From Halarcobacter sp. (lineage in GTDB: Bacteria; Campylobacterota; Campylobacteria; Campylobacterales; Arcobacteraceae), in contig CP182352.1 in assembly GCA_048571215.1 (NCBI GenBank), forward strand, positions 1,696,001 through 1,760,000: DNA of 64,000 nt, given 5' to 3'. Below the pieces are notes generated by a model, which saw only the letters and a program-made list of their open reading frames with translations, was not told where the DNA came from and searched no databases. Positions within the stretch are counted from its first letter, which is position 1. The number at the start of each line of letters is the position of its first letter. Made by a program: the position numbers and the translations under genes. Positions 30,193 through 41,648 of this stretch are shown here, piece after piece.

Positions 30193-31191
30193 TTATGCTT
30201 TAAGTTGCTCTAGCTTTCTTCTTAAAGCAGAGGCAACGTTCTCAGGAAGTGTATTTTCAATTGGGAAACCTAAAGAATCTAATTTCTCAGCGATTTCATC
30301 AAACGATTTTTTTCCTAAGTTCTTAATGTTTTTAACTTCAACTTCACTCATAAGTACTAATTCACCAAGGAACTTAAGTCCAGCTCTATCTAAAGAGTTG
30401 AAACTTCTAGCACTTAAGTTTAAATCATCAATTTTTACAACTAAATCTTTTAATTCAACTGGTTCTTCACCTGCATCATTAACTGTTACTTCTGATAAAT
30501 CAAAAACTTTGTTAAATACTGACATTTGAGAATACATAACAGATACTGCTTCTTTAAAAGCAGTAATTGGAGTAATTTGTCCATTTGTTTGTACTGTAAA
30601 TACAGCTTTTTCATAGTTAGGATTATCTTCAACTAACATTTTTTCAATATCATATACTACTTTTTTTACAGGAGTAAAGAAAGCATCTAATGGAATATAA
30701 TCTGAACCAACAATATCTCTAATATCTTCAGAAGGCATATATCCAATACCTCTTTGAATGATAACTGAGAAAGTTAAGTTACAGTCACTATTAATAGTTG
30801 CTAAGTGTACTTCAGGAGAAACCACTTCAACATCAGAGTTGATTAAGTCTTCACCTTTTATCTCTTTTGGTCCATCAAAAGAGTATTCAACAACTACTTG
30901 GTCTTCATCACCATTAATTTTGAATTTAATATTCTTAAGATTAATTATAAAAATAGCTATATCTTCAAGCATTCCTCTTAATGAATCAAACTCATGCGAA
31001 GCTCCTTCTATTTTAACTGCAATTGGAGCGTATCCAACTGAAGAACTTAAAAGAAGTCTTCTTAGAGGGTGTGCTAAAGTTATTGCAAAACCACTTTCAA
31101 ATGGATATGCTGATATTTTAGCTTCATTATCACTGATAGCTTCTATCTCAACCTCTGTTGGTAAAAACGGTGTATCTGCAAATTTTTTCAT
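30193..31191 (-). CDS. rpoA: RNA polymerase alpha subunit
   Basis: PFESGFAITLAHPLRRLLLSS; alpha-CTD; operon position. Confidence 0.98.
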   Translation of the reverse strand: MKKFADTPFLPTEVEIEAISDNEAKISAYPFESGFAITLAHPLRRLLLSSSVGYAPIAVKIEGASHEFDSLRGMLEDIAIFIINLKNIKFKINGDEDQVVVEYSFDGPKEIKGEDLINSDVEVVSPEVHLATINSDCNLTFSVIIQRGIGYMPSEDIRDIVGSDYIPLDAFFTPVKKVVYDIEKMLVEDNPNYEKAVFTVQTNGQITPITAFKEAVSVMYSQMSVFNKVFDLSEVTVNDAGEEPVELKDLVVKIDDLNLSARSFNSLDRAGLKFLGELVLMSEVEVKNIKNLGKKSFDEIAEKLDSLGFPIENTLPENVASALRRKLEQLKA

Positions 31192-31206
31192 AGCCTACCT
31201 TATTTA

Positions 31207-31833
31207 TTATTTAGAATATAACTCTACAATTAATCTTTCTTCCACTGGAATAACAACTTCTTCTCTTGTTGGGATTCTTGTAAAAATTCCAAATACTTTT
31301 TCTTTTTCTACATCTACCCAATCAACAATACCAGTTTGGTTTGTTAATTCTAATGCTCTAACTACTTGTGGATTAGATTTAGATTTTTCTTTAATCTCAA
31401 TTTTTTGTCCTGGTTTTACGATGAAAGAAGGAATATCTACTTTTTTACCATCTACTAAAACATGTCCATGAGTTGTAAATTGTCTAGCATTTGCTCTAGT
31501 TGTAGCAAATCCCATTCTATAAACAACATTATCTAATCTTTGTTCAATTAAAGTAATAAGGTTAGCCCCTGTGTTACCTTCTCTTCTTGCAGCTTCTTTA
31601 AAGTATTTTCTAAATTGTTTTTCAGAAACACCGTATAAGAATTTAGCTTTTTGTTTTTCTCTTAATTGTAATCCATACTCAGAGATTTTAGTTCTTCTTT
31701 GTCCATGTTGTCCTGGAGCAAATGGTCTTTTCTCTAATGCAGATTTTCCGTTAAGTCTTCTCTCACCTTTTAATCCAAGGTCTGCATCAAGTCTTCTTTC
31801 GATTTTTTCTACTGGTCCTCTATATCTTGCCAT
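31207..31833 (-). CDS. rpsD: 30S ribosomal protein S4
   Basis: MARYRGP, PGQHG and RLDNVVYR motifs. Confidence 0.98.
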   Translation of the reverse strand: MARYRGPVEKIERRLDADLGLKGERRLNGKSALEKRPFAPGQHGQRRTKISEYGLQLREKQKAKFLYGVSEKQFRKYFKEAARREGNTGANLITLIEQRLDNVVYRMGFATTRANARQFTTHGHVLVDGKKVDIPSFIVKPGQKIEIKEKSKSNPQVVRALELTNQTGIVDWVDVEKEKVFGIFTRIPTREEVVIPVEERLIVELYSK

Positions 31834-31842
31834 AACTACTCC

Positions 31843-32235
31843 TTACACTCTTCTTCTTTTAGGAGGTCTACAACCGTTATGTGGTAATGGTGTAACATCT
31901 TTAAACCATTTTACTGTAATACCTTCAATAGCTCCAACAGATTTAACTGCTGTATCTCTACCTGAACCTGGACCTTGGATTTTAATACCAACGTTTTTAA
32001 TACCATGTTCCATCGCTTTAACCATTGCATCTTCAACTGCTTGTTGTGCTGCAAAAGGAGTAGATTTTTTAGAACCTTTAAACCCTAAGTTTCCTGCACT
32101 TGACCAAGCAATAGCATTACCAGCTGAATCAGTTACAGTTACCATCGTATTATTGAATGATGCCGCAATATGTACGATACCGTCAGCAATATTCTTTTTT
32201 ACTACTTTTTTTCTAGTTACTTTTCTTTTTGCCAT
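31843..32235 (-). CDS. rpsK: 30S ribosomal protein S11
   Basis: KSTPFAAQ and [13 protein letters not shown] motifs. Confidence 0.98.
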   Translation of the reverse strand: MAKRKVTRKKVVKKNIADGIVHIAASFNNTMVTVTDSAGNAIAWSSAGNLGFKGSKKSTPFAAQQAVEDAMVKAMEHGIKNVGIKIQGPGSGRDTAVKSVGAIEGITVKWFKDVTPLPHNGCRPPKRRRV

Positions 32236-32244
32236 TAGTTATCC

Positions 32245-32613
32245 TTACTTCGCTGCTGCACCAACAGTTTTCTTTTTACCTTTTCTTGTTCTGGCATTAG
32301 TTTTAGTCTTTTGCCCTCTACAAGGTAAACCTTTTCTATGTCTTAAACCTCTATATGAACCTAAGTCCATTAAAGCTTTGATATCCATAGCAACTTTTTT
32401 TCTAAGATCACCCTCAACCATGTAGTTTTTTTGAATCTCTTGTCTAATAGCTGCTGCTTCATCTTCTGTTAATTCGTGTGCTCTTTTGTTGTAATCAATT
32501 CCAACAGCATCTAAGATTAATCTAGAGTTATGTAAACCAATTCCGTAAATATACGTTAACGCATATTCCATTCTTTTTTTATTTGGTAAATCAACACCTG
32601 CAATTCTTGCCAT
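32245..32613 (-). CDS. rpsM: 30S ribosomal protein S13
   Basis: [10 protein letters not shown] and [14 protein letters not shown] motifs. Confidence 0.98.
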   Translation of the reverse strand: MARIAGVDLPNKKRMEYALTYIYGIGLHNSRLILDAVGIDYNKRAHELTEDEAAAIRQEIQKNYMVEGDLRKKVAMDIKALMDLGSYRGLRHRKGLPCRGQKTKTNARTRKGKKKTVGAAAK

Positions 32614-32615
32614 GA

Positions 32616-32729
32616 TTATCCTTGTCTCTGTTTATGTTTTTTGTTTTCGCAGATTACTCTTACGATACCTCTTCTTTTGATAACTTTACATTTATCACAC
32701 ATTTTCTTTACTGAAGCTCTTACTTTCAT
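32616..32729 (-). CDS. rpmJ: 50S ribosomal protein L36 (absent from ORF track)
   Basis: [37 protein letters not shown]. Confidence 0.97.
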   Translation of the reverse strand: MKVRASVKKMCDKCKVIKRRGIVRVICENKKHKQRQG

Positions 32730-32759
32730 AAGTCTGTCCTCTTTTTGTGTTTATTACCA

Positions 32760-32930
32760 CAATCCAACAGGGAAGAACTGCCTAGAAAAAAGCGAAATCG
32801 CTTTCTTGCATGGGTGGAACCAAGCTAGAACAATCTACAAAATATAGATATTCGCTTTTTTCCGGTTCTGCCCAACTCTTTATAAAACACAAAACATTTT
32901 ATAAAAAATTCCTCTATGGTTGGAAAAATG
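32760..32930 (-). ncRNA. Candidate structured RNA or leader upstream of rpmJ
   Basis: Nested inverted repeats downstream of a TATAAT at 32938-32943. Confidence 0.45.
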
Positions 32931-33067
32931 GATTTGGATTATATTTAATTTTGGCTTAAATCTTGTTTAATTCTTAAGTCACAGATTAATCTAGATAATT
33001 AAAAATATAAGTAAGTATTTTTTAGTTATAATTTTTTTATTAATTAAGTTATTAAAAGGGTGATATT

Positions 33068-34108
33068 TTGTTAAAAATTGAAAATATTAATGCTGTTTAT
33101 ATTGATGATGAACCAGTAAATTTAATGTTGGTACAAGCTTATGGTTTAGAATTCAATTTAAATATAGAAACGTTTCAAGATCCAAAAGAGGGATTAGAAT
33201 ATATTCTAAACAACAATATAGATATTCTCTTTACCGATTATATGATGCCAGAAATTAATGGAGTTGAGTTAATAAAAAGATTTAGAGAAATCAATAGTGA
33301 TGCACCTGCTGTTGTTATTACAGCAGTAGGAGATGACCAAGAATTAAAAATAAATGCCCTAGAAGCTGGTGCAACTGATTTTTTAACAAAACCTTTAGAA
33401 CTACCTGAATTTAAAGCTAGAAGTATAAACCTAATAAATCTAAGACTTGCCCAACTAAAATTACAAGATAAAGCCTTACTACTACAAGATGAGATAAATA
33501 AAGCAACCCAAGAGATACAAAATAGAGAATATGAAACCCTTAAAGTTCTTGCAAAAGCTGCAGAGTATAAAGATGCAGAAACAGCAAATCATACTATTAG
33601 AGTTGCACACTATTCAAAACTTATGGCAAAAAAATATGGCTTAAATGAAGAACAACAAAGAATTATATTTTATGCTGCACCTTTTCATGATATAGGAAAA
33701 GTTGGTATTCCGGATTCTATTTTATTAAAAGAGGGGAAACTAGACCCTGAAGAGTTAAAAGAGATGCAATCCCATCCATATATTGGTGCTAGCATTTTAG
33801 AAAACACCCAAAGTCCTTATCTAATAGAAGGAAAATTAATCGCTTTGAATCATCATGAAAAATATGACGGCTCTGGCTACCCTGAAGGGAAAAAAGGTGA
33901 AGATATACCTTTAAGTGCCAGAATAGTAACAATTGCTGATGTTTTTGATGCACTAACTTCTAAAAGACCATATAAAGAACCGTGGAGCTTCCAAGAGGCA
34001 ATCTCACTTTTAGAAAAAGAAAAGGGGATACATTTTGATCCCAAGCTCATTGAACTTTTTACAAATTCAATAGATGAAATCAAGGATATATATGAAAATT
34101 TTCAATAA
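33068..34108 (+). CDS. Response regulator with HD-GYP phosphodiesterase domain
   Basis: REC domain; HDIGK and HHEKYDGSGYP motifs. Confidence 0.93.
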   Translation: MLKIENINAVYIDDEPVNLMLVQAYGLEFNLNIETFQDPKEGLEYILNNNIDILFTDYMMPEINGVELIKRFREINSDAPAVVITAVGDDQELKINALEAGATDFLTKPLELPEFKARSINLINLRLAQLKLQDKALLLQDEINKATQEIQNREYETLKVLAKAAEYKDAETANHTIRVAHYSKLMAKKYGLNEEQQRIIFYAAPFHDIGKVGIPDSILLKEGKLDPEELKEMQSHPYIGASILENTQSPYLIEGKLIALNHHEKYDGSGYPEGKKGEDIPLSARIVTIADVFDALTSKRPYKEPWSFQEAISLLEKEKGIHFDPKLIELFTNSIDEIKDIYENFQ

Positions 34109-34460
34109 TAAATCAATCAATATAGAGATAGAAGATAGTGAAATCCCATGGCTAAAAATATTTACAAATGAAGCTTATAAAGAGTTGTCAGAATGCCCAA
34201 AAGAAGTAAAAGAGGAGATTTTTAATACTTTAGATATTATTGAAAAAGAGATGTTAAACTATTTTAATCCAAAAAAAATAAATATCGCTTCATTTGGGAA
34301 CTATCTTCCCCATGTACATTTTCATATAATGGCTAGATTTGAAGAGGATTCTTATTTTCCAGAACCTATGTGGGGAAAGAAACAAAGGGAGGCAGATTTG
34401 AATCTACCTGAGTTTAAACCCTTTTTTGAAAAAATCTCTTTATTACTAAATAAAAATTAA
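34092..34460 (+). CDS. HIT family protein
   Basis: PHVHFHI motif. Confidence 0.9.
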   Translation: MKIFNNKSINIEIEDSEIPWLKIFTNEAYKELSECPKEVKEEIFNTLDIIEKEMLNYFNPKKINIASFGNYLPHVHFHIMARFEEDSYFPEPMWGKKQREADLNLPEFKPFFEKISLLLNKN

Positions 34461-37069
34461 TTTTTTGCTATAGATTTTATAGATTCTAAATATGAACTTA
34501 AAACTTCATATTTAGCTTCATAATCAATACTCTCTTCTTCATCCTTAGCAGCTGTTTCTATCTCTTGGCTAATATCTGCAATCTCTGTCATTTTTAGATT
34601 TGCTGCAGCTCCTTTTATTTTATGAGCTAGCTCTTTTATTTGAGTGAAATTTTTTGAAACTATTGCCTCTTTTAAGTTAGATAAATCATCATCTATAGAA
34701 TCAAAAAAGGTATTTAATATTGTTCTAAATACACTTACAGGTATACCTAGTTTTTTTGCACTATCATCTATAGAGTATGATAGCTTTTCACTTTTTATCT
34801 CCTCTTCATTCTCTTTTTTCTCTGCATCTTTTTTTTGGGTGTACTTATACAATATAGAGTTTAAAGTTTCCTCTTCAAATGGCTTTGTCATATAATCATC
34901 CATTCCAGCTTCTAAAAACTTCTCTTTATCCCCTGCTATGGCATTGGCAGTTAGTGCTACAATAGGTGTATGGTTTAAATTATTTGTTTTTTCATATTCT
35001 AATATTAAAGTGGTAGCATCAATACCATTCAGTATAGGCATATTTATATCCATAAATATTAAATCAAATTTTTCACCAGTTTTTACTATATCAACTGCTT
35101 CTTGTCCATTATTTGCCATTATAGAATTTATATTTTTTTCAGTAAGTATTGCATTCATTAGGTGCTGATTAACTATATTATCTTCAACTACCAAACATTT
35201 TATTTCCCATTCATAATCTATATTTTGATTAACAAATACTTCATCTTCAATATTAGGATTTAATATCTCAACAATTGCATCATATAGTCTTGATTGATTT
35301 ATAGGGGATTTCAATACAATATATTTGTTCTTTAAATCTATTTTATAATTTTCATCTGAAGCTACAATTATAAAAGGAACATTTAGATTTTCCTTATCTA
35401 TTAAAGCTAAATCCTCATAATTTATCACAACTAAAGCATAATTAAAAAACTGGCTTTGTTCGTACATAACTTCAGGTTTACTATAATTTGATAAATACTT
35501 TTTAGCAATACCTAATTGTGATTTACAATCACACTCATCACAATATATTGCAATTTTAGAATTAATATCGATTTGAGGAAATAAATCTTTTGCTTTTTTA
35601 TAATCTAAATCAAGGATAAAATAAAACTCACTACCTTGATTGTCTTCACTTAAAAGTTCTATTTTAGAACCCATTACTGAGATAATATTTGAACTAATAC
35701 TTAAACCTAATCCTGTACCACCATATTTTCTAGTAACACTACTATCAACTTGTGAAAATGGATCAAAAATGGTTTTTTGTTTATCTTTTGGTATACCTAT
35801 TCCTGAATCTTTAACAGAAAATAAAACTTGTGCAGTTTTTTCATTTTTACCTTCTAACTCAATACGAACTGAGATTGATCCCTTATTAGGTGTAAATTTT
35901 ATGGCATTTCCAATCAAATTAGAGATAACTTGTTTTATCTTTAGAGGATCAGCTATTATTTTACTTGGTAGATTTGGGTCAATGTAAAAAAGTATATCAA
36001 TATTTTTTTCATTTGCTTTTGCTACAAAAAGTTCTATTACTGGTTCAAACTCTTTAAAAGGATTAAACTCTTTTTTCTCTAATTCTAACTTTCCACTCTC
36101 TATTTTAGAGATATCTAAAATATCATTTATAACACCAAGTAATGAGCTTGCACTACTATTTACAATATTTACATAATTTGCTTCTTTTTTTGGTAAGTTT
36201 GAGTGTTCTAAAAGTTTTGTAAAACCTAATATTCCATTTAAAGGTGTTCTAATCTCATGGGACATTGTTGCTAAGAAAATTGACTTTGAAGCTTCAGCAT
36301 TTTTTGCTTTTTGCATAGAATGAATATGTTCTGTTATATCTACACTAAAAGATAAATACTCAGAAATTTGATCCTTGAAATCTAACATAGGCACAATTAT
36401 TGTAGAGGTATAATAATCTTTTCCACTTTTATCATGATTTTTAATATCCCCAGTCCAAATCTCATTATTGTTTATCTTCTTCCAAAGGGAGTCAAAAAAC
36501 TCATCTTCCATATCCCTATGTTTTAAATAATTGTATGGTTTTCCAATTAACTCTTCATTTGTATAGTTTGAGATATTTAAAAACTGTTCATTTACATAAG
36601 TTATTTTACCTTTAGTATCAAACCTAGTTATAATAGCTGAGGCATTAATAGCTTTTTGATACTCTTCTAAATGTTTATTTGAATCCTTCAAAGTAGAAAT
36701 TAAGGATTTGGCATTGGAATCTTTTTCTTCTAAATATTTGATGATTTTATTGATTTGAATAACAAAATTATCTATATCTTTGTTATTGAAATTTTTATCA
36801 AAGGGGGTATATTTGTCATTTTTAATCCCCTCAAGAAAACTTGTTATCTCCTCAATTGGATATTTAACAAAACGATTAGTTACATAAATAGCAATTATCA
36901 CTAAAACAATAAGTAAAGCTAACATATATACAATAAAAAAGTTTTTTAAACCACTACTTATTGCACTACCAATAACTACTTCCATTCCAATATTGATACC
37001 TACAATAAAAAGAAAACCAACTATTATAACGGGAATTAAAACCTTATCTTGGGTATCTAATTTTTTCAT
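34457..37069 (-). CDS. Hybrid sensor histidine kinase (PAS-HisKA-HATPase-REC-Hpt)
   Basis: MSHEIRTPL, GGTGLGL, FMDINMP and AHKIKGAA motifs. Confidence 0.95.
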   Translation of the reverse strand: MKKLDTQDKVLIPVIIVGFLFIVGINIGMEVVIGSAISSGLKNFFIVYMLALLIVLVIIAIYVTNRFVKYPIEEITSFLEGIKNDKYTPFDKNFNNKDIDNFVIQINKIIKYLEEKDSNAKSLISTLKDSNKHLEEYQKAINASAIITRFDTKGKITYVNEQFLNISNYTNEELIGKPYNYLKHRDMEDEFFDSLWKKINNNEIWTGDIKNHDKSGKDYYTSTIIVPMLDFKDQISEYLSFSVDITEHIHSMQKAKNAEASKSIFLATMSHEIRTPLNGILGFTKLLEHSNLPKKEANYVNIVNSSASSLLGVINDILDISKIESGKLELEKKEFNPFKEFEPVIELFVAKANEKNIDILFYIDPNLPSKIIADPLKIKQVISNLIGNAIKFTPNKGSISVRIELEGKNEKTAQVLFSVKDSGIGIPKDKQKTIFDPFSQVDSSVTRKYGGTGLGLSISSNIISVMGSKIELLSEDNQGSEFYFILDLDYKKAKDLFPQIDINSKIAIYCDECDCKSQLGIAKKYLSNYSKPEVMYEQSQFFNYALVVINYEDLALIDKENLNVPFIIVASDENYKIDLKNKYIVLKSPINQSRLYDAIVEILNPNIEDEVFVNQNIDYEWEIKCLVVEDNIVNQHLMNAILTEKNINSIMANNGQEAVDIVKTGEKFDLIFMDINMPILNGIDATTLILEYEKTNNLNHTPIVALTANAIAGDKEKFLEAGMDDYMTKPFEEETLNSILYKYTQKKDAEKKENEEEIKSEKLSYSIDDSAKKLGIPVSVFRTILNTFFDSIDDDLSNLKEAIVSKNFTQIKELAHKIKGAAANLKMTEIADISQEIETAAKDEEESIDYEAKYEVLSSYLESIKSIAKN

Positions 37070-37071
37070 GA

Positions 37072-38001
37072 TTATCCATCTTGATTTATTTGTTTTATTA
37101 ACTCTTTTAAAATATCCTCTGCATCATCAATCTCTATTTGGCAACCACCAGCTGCTTCGTGACCACCGCCACCATATTTAAGCATAAGTTCACCAACATT
37201 TGTTTTTGAAGTTTTATTTATAATAGATTTACCTGGACTAAAAACTACATTTTTTCTATCTTTTCCCCAAACAACATGGATAGAGATGTTTGTTTTAGGA
37301 TATAAAGCATAAACTAAAAATCTATTTCCAGGATAAATAATATCTTGGTCTCGATAATCAACAATTACTAGATTTCCTTTAATTGTAGAACAACTTTTTA
37401 ATTGAGCTTTAAACTCTTTTTCATATAAATAGTATAAATCAATTCTCTCTTTTACATCTGGAAGTTTTAAAATATCTTCTATATCATGGTCAGCACAATA
37501 ATCAATCAAATCCATCATAAGCTGATAATTAGAAACTCTAAAATCTCTAAATCTTCCAAGTCCAGTTCTTGAATCCATTAAGAAACTTAATAAATCCCAA
37601 CCTTCTGGATTTAGAATGTCATCTCTTGAAAACTGCGCTGCATCAGCCTTATTTGCAGCATCCATCATTGGTCTAAATTTTGCTGGAAACTTCTCATCCC
37701 CACCATAATATTGATATACAACTTCTGCTGCACTTGGAGCATCTGGATCGATTATATGATTGTCTTTTTTTTCATTTCTAAGGGTTTCAGAAAAATGGTG
37801 ATCAAATGCTATATGAACACCAGGTACATATGGTAGATTTGTTGTTATATCTGTTGAAGTTACTTCGATTTTCCCATCTTACATATCTTTTGGATGTACA
37901 AATGTTATCTCATCAACTATACCTAAATATTTCATTAGTGTTCCACAAACTAAGCCATCCATATCACTTCTTGTGATAAGTCTAAATTTCTTCAAAGACA
38001 T
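37072..38001 (-). pseudogene. DHH-family phosphoesterase (exopolyphosphatase-like) with in-frame stop at codon 41
   Basis: MSLKKFRLITRSDMDGLVC...HPKDM*DGK...FDHH...GGGH; TAA at 37879-37881. Confidence 0.85.
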
Positions 38002-38026
38002 AACAACTCCTAAATTATATATTTAT

Positions 38027-39097
38027 CTAAACCAATGCAATATTATTTGCAATCACTTCACCCATTTGTGAAGTTGAAACAACCTCTTTAGCATCAAATG
38101 CAGCAATATCTTTAGTTCTATACCCATCTTTTAATGCTTTTTTAATAGCTGCATCTATTTTTTCTGCTGCTTTTTCTTCACCTAAAGAGTATCTAAGCAT
38201 CATACCAGCACTTTCAATTGTAGCAATTGGATTTGCTATACCTTGCCCTGCTATATCTGGTGCTGAACCATGAATTGGTTCATAAATTGCTGTTTTTTCT
38301 CCTGTTGAAGCTGATGGCAATAGTCCAATAGAACCAACAACCATTGAAGCGGTATCTGATAAAATATCTCCAAAAATATTTCCAGTTACAATTACATCAA
38401 ATTGTTTTGGGTTTCTAACAAGTTGCATAGCAGCATTATCAACATACATATGTGATAATTGAACTTCTGGATAAGCTTTAGCAATCTCTTCCATAGTATC
38501 TCTCCAAAGTTGAGAAACTTCAAGAACATTTGCTTTATCTACAGAACAAACTCTTTTATCTCTTTTCATAGCCAATTCAAAGGCTTGTTTACCAATTCTT
38601 TCAATCTCTGGTTTTGTATAAACCATAGTATTAAAAGCTTTAAAACCATCATTTTCTCTTGGTTGACCAAAATAGATTCCACCAATTAATTCCCTTACAA
38701 CCATAATATCAACACCCTCAATAATTTCAGGTTTTAATGTTGAAGCATTTACTAATTCATCATAAATAATAGCAGGTCTTAAATTTGCGAAAACACCCAT
38801 CTTTTCTCTAAACTTCAAAAGTCCAGTTTCAGGTCTTAAATCCCTAGGAAGAGTGTCCCATTTTTCTCCACCAATTGCACCAAATAAACAAGCATCAGAA
38901 TCTAAAACACCATCAACAGTCTCTTGTGGTAAAGGGATTCCTGTTTCATCAATAGCAATACCGCCCATAAGATACTCTTTATAAGATAGTGCAAAGCCAC
39001 ACTCTTTTGCTACTGTATCTAATACTTTTATTGCTTCATCTACTATCTCTGGACCTATTCCATCACCTTTAATTACTGATATATTATAATTCTTCAT
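38027..39097 (-). CDS. leuB: 3-isopropylmalate dehydrogenase
   Basis: [15 protein letters not shown] and [12 protein letters not shown] motifs. Confidence 0.97.
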   Translation of the reverse strand: MKNYNISVIKGDGIGPEIVDEAIKVLDTVAKECGFALSYKEYLMGGIAIDETGIPLPQETVDGVLDSDACLFGAIGGEKWDTLPRDLRPETGLLKFREKMGVFANLRPAIIYDELVNASTLKPEIIEGVDIMVVRELIGGIYFGQPRENDGFKAFNTMVYTKPEIERIGKQAFELAMKRDKRVCSVDKANVLEVSQLWRDTMEEIAKAYPEVQLSHMYVDNAAMQLVRNPKQFDVIVTGNIFGDILSDTASMVVGSIGLLPSASTGEKTAIYEPIHGSAPDIAGQGIANPIATIESAGMMLRYSLGEEKAAEKIDAAIKKALKDGYRTKDIAAFDAKEVVSTSQMGEVIANNIALV

Positions 39098-39597
39098 TAG
39101 TTTCCTTTTCCCGTTTCAGCTTTTGCATAATTTATTAATCCACCTGTTTGTATCAACTCTTGCATAAAAGGTGGAATTGCAATAAATTTATAAGTTTTAT
39201 TAGTAGTATTATTTGTAATAATTCCATCATCAAGATTAATCGATATCTCCTCACCCTCTTTTATCTCTAAAGATTCAGGTAATTCAAAAATTGGTAATCC
39301 CATATTAAAAGCATTTCTATAAAATATTCTTGCAAAAGATGGTGCAACTACAGCTGCAACACCAGCAGCCTTAAGTGCGATTGGTGCGTGTTCTCTTGAA
39401 CTTCCACAACCAAAGTTTTCTCCCGCAACAATAATATCACCCTTTTGAAGTTTTTTAGGGAAATCAGGATCTGCATCCTCCATAACATATTTTGCTAAAT
39501 GTTCAGGGTCTGAGCTATTTAAATATCTTGCAGCAATGATAACATCAGTATCAATATTTGCTCCAAAATTCCATACTTTTCCAGTAATAATATTCAT
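39097..39597 (-). CDS. leuD: 3-isopropylmalate dehydratase small subunit
   Basis: [11 protein letters not shown] motif. Confidence 0.95.
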   Translation of the reverse strand: MNIITGKVWNFGANIDTDVIIAARYLNSSDPEHLAKYVMEDADPDFPKKLQKGDIIVAGENFGCGSSREHAPIALKAAGVAAVVAPSFARIFYRNAFNMGLPIFELPESLEIKEGEEISINLDDGIITNNTTNKTYKFIAIPPFMQELIQTGGLINYAKAETGKGN

Positions 39598-39779
39598 TCT
39601 ATATTTCCTTATTGTTAGTATACTTTTATAAACAAAAGTAACCGAATATATTTTTTAAAGTCTTGCATTTTATCTAATATTTAACAAATAATAGATTAAA
39701 CATATCAATTAATGAATATTTCAACTAATTTCGGTATAATATCGGACTATCTTTAATACACATGAGGAAAATCCATATA

Positions 39780-41642
39780 ATGAGCGCAAAAGATTTAAAT
39801 AAAGTTATTGAGAATACTATTAAAGAGTATAAAGAGTCAGTACTTACCTATGAAAAACTTATTAAAATCTTTCCAAAAGCACCTTCAGGTCCAAATATCA
39901 AGAAACTTTTAGCCCTTGTACAACTATACAGTGTAACCTTGATTACATCACAAGAACAAGCTAAAAGAATGAATGCTGAAGAAGCAAAAAAGAAAGAAGA
40001 TTTAAGAAATAAACTAAAAGACAATGATGAGGATGTATTTGATTTACTAAAAAGTAAAGAACTCTTAGAATGGTCTAGATCAGACTCACCTGTAAGAATG
40101 TACCTAAGAGAGATGGGACAAATTCCACTTTTAACAAAAGAGGAAGAGATTGAAATCTCTAAAAGAATCGAAATGGGTGAAGATATCATCCTTGATGCTA
40201 TTTGTTATGTACCCTATCTAATCGATTTTATCTTAGAATACAAAGAGCCTTTAGTAAATAGAGAAAGAAAAGTTAAAGAGCTTTTTAGAAATTTTGATGA
40301 TGAAGATTCTGATGATACTGATACTTCAAATGATGATGAATTAGAAGAGGAAGAGGATGAGTTAGATGATGATGGCTCAATCAAAAAAACAAAAAAACTA
40401 GATAAAAGAGCAGAAACAATTATCGCCACTTTTAAGGCTTTAGAAAAAGCTAAAAAAGATTGGACTAAGTTCCAAGCAAAAGAGACAGCAAAATCAGATA
40501 ATGAACAAGATCAAATGCAATTCAACCTTGCAATAGCATTTAGAAAGAAGATTTTAAAAGAGGCTTTAATGGATTTAGGTCCAACTTCTAAGCTTATTAC
40601 AGAAATAGTAAAAGCTATGGAAACTGCTCTTAAATCAGAATCAGGATTTGAAACTGAACTTAAAAAACTAGAGTATAAATTACCATTATTTAACGATATA
40701 TTATTGAAAAATCACCAAAAGATTTTAGATAATATTGTAAACCTATCAAAAGTTCAAATCACTTCAATGGTTCCTGAAGCTACTATGGTATCAACTTATA
40801 TGGAGATTAAAAAGCTTTTCCAAACAGCAGAAGCTTCTAAGGGTGGATTTGATTTAGAGCCAGAAGAACTTGTGGATGTATTAGAACAAATTAAACGTGG
40901 TAAAAAAATCACAGATGAAGCAAAAACAAGAATGGCTAAATCAAACCTTAGACTTGTTGTATCTATTGCAAAAAGATACACAAATAGAGGTTTACCTTTC
41001 TTAGACCTAATCCAAGAAGGAAATATTGGTCTTATGAAAGCTGTTGACAAGTTTGAGTATAAAAAAGGTTATAAATTTTCTACTTATGCAACATGGTGGA
41101 TTAGACAAGCAATCTCAAGAGCAATTGCTGATCAAGCTAGAACTATTAGAATTCCAATTCATATGATTGAAACTATTAATAGAATCAATAAAATCATTAG
41201 AAAAGGTATTCAAGAAAATGGTAAAGAACCGGATGTAGATGAAATCGCAAAAGAGGTTGGATTGCCAGTTGATAAAGTAAAACAAGTAATTAAAATTACT
41301 AAAGAGCCTGTATCTTTAGAAGCACCTATTGGATCTGATGATGATGGTAAATTTGGAGATTTTGTACCAGACGAAAAAGCTCCAACTCCTATTGATAATA
41401 TTATGAAAGAGGATTTACAAGGTCAAATTGATCAAATCCTAGCTCAGTTAAATGAGAGAGAACAAGCAGTAGTTAGAATGAGATTTGGTCTTATGGATGA
41501 TGCAAGTGATAGAACACTAGAAGAGATTGGAAAAGAACTTTCTGTAACAAGAGAAAGAGTTAGACAAATTGAATCAAGTGCTATTAAAAAACTTAAGCAT
41601 CCAAAAGTTGGTAAAAACCTTAAAAACTATGTAGAAAGTTAA
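39780..41642 (+). CDS. rpoD: RNA polymerase sigma factor RpoD
   Basis: SPVRMYLREMG, NLRLVVSIAK, STYATWWIRQA and TRERVRQIE motifs. Confidence 0.98.
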   Translation: MSAKDLNKVIENTIKEYKESVLTYEKLIKIFPKAPSGPNIKKLLALVQLYSVTLITSQEQAKRMNAEEAKKKEDLRNKLKDNDEDVFDLLKSKELLEWSRSDSPVRMYLREMGQIPLLTKEEEIEISKRIEMGEDIILDAICYVPYLIDFILEYKEPLVNRERKVKELFRNFDDEDSDDTDTSNDDELEEEEDELDDDGSIKKTKKLDKRAETIIATFKALEKAKKDWTKFQAKETAKSDNEQDQMQFNLAIAFRKKILKEALMDLGPTSKLITEIVKAMETALKSESGFETELKKLEYKLPLFNDILLKNHQKILDNIVNLSKVQITSMVPEATMVSTYMEIKKLFQTAEASKGGFDLEPEELVDVLEQIKRGKKITDEAKTRMAKSNLRLVVSIAKRYTNRGLPFLDLIQEGNIGLMKAVDKFEYKKGYKFSTYATWWIRQAISRAIADQARTIRIPIHMIETINRINKIIRKGIQENGKEPDVDEIAKEVGLPVDKVKQVIKITKEPVSLEAPIGSDDDGKFGDFVPDEKAPTPIDNIMKEDLQGQIDQILAQLNEREQAVVRMRFGLMDDASDRTLEEIGKELSVTRERVRQIESSAIKKLKHPKVGKNLKNYVES

Positions 41643-41648
41643 TAACTT

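Noticed and set aside
30164..32425. Long plus-strand ORFs (121, 237, 284 aa)
   Set aside because: Antisense shadows of rpoA, rpsD, rpsK and rpsM.
32641..32847. 68-aa plus-strand ORF
   Set aside because: Antisense to rpmJ and its upstream structured region.
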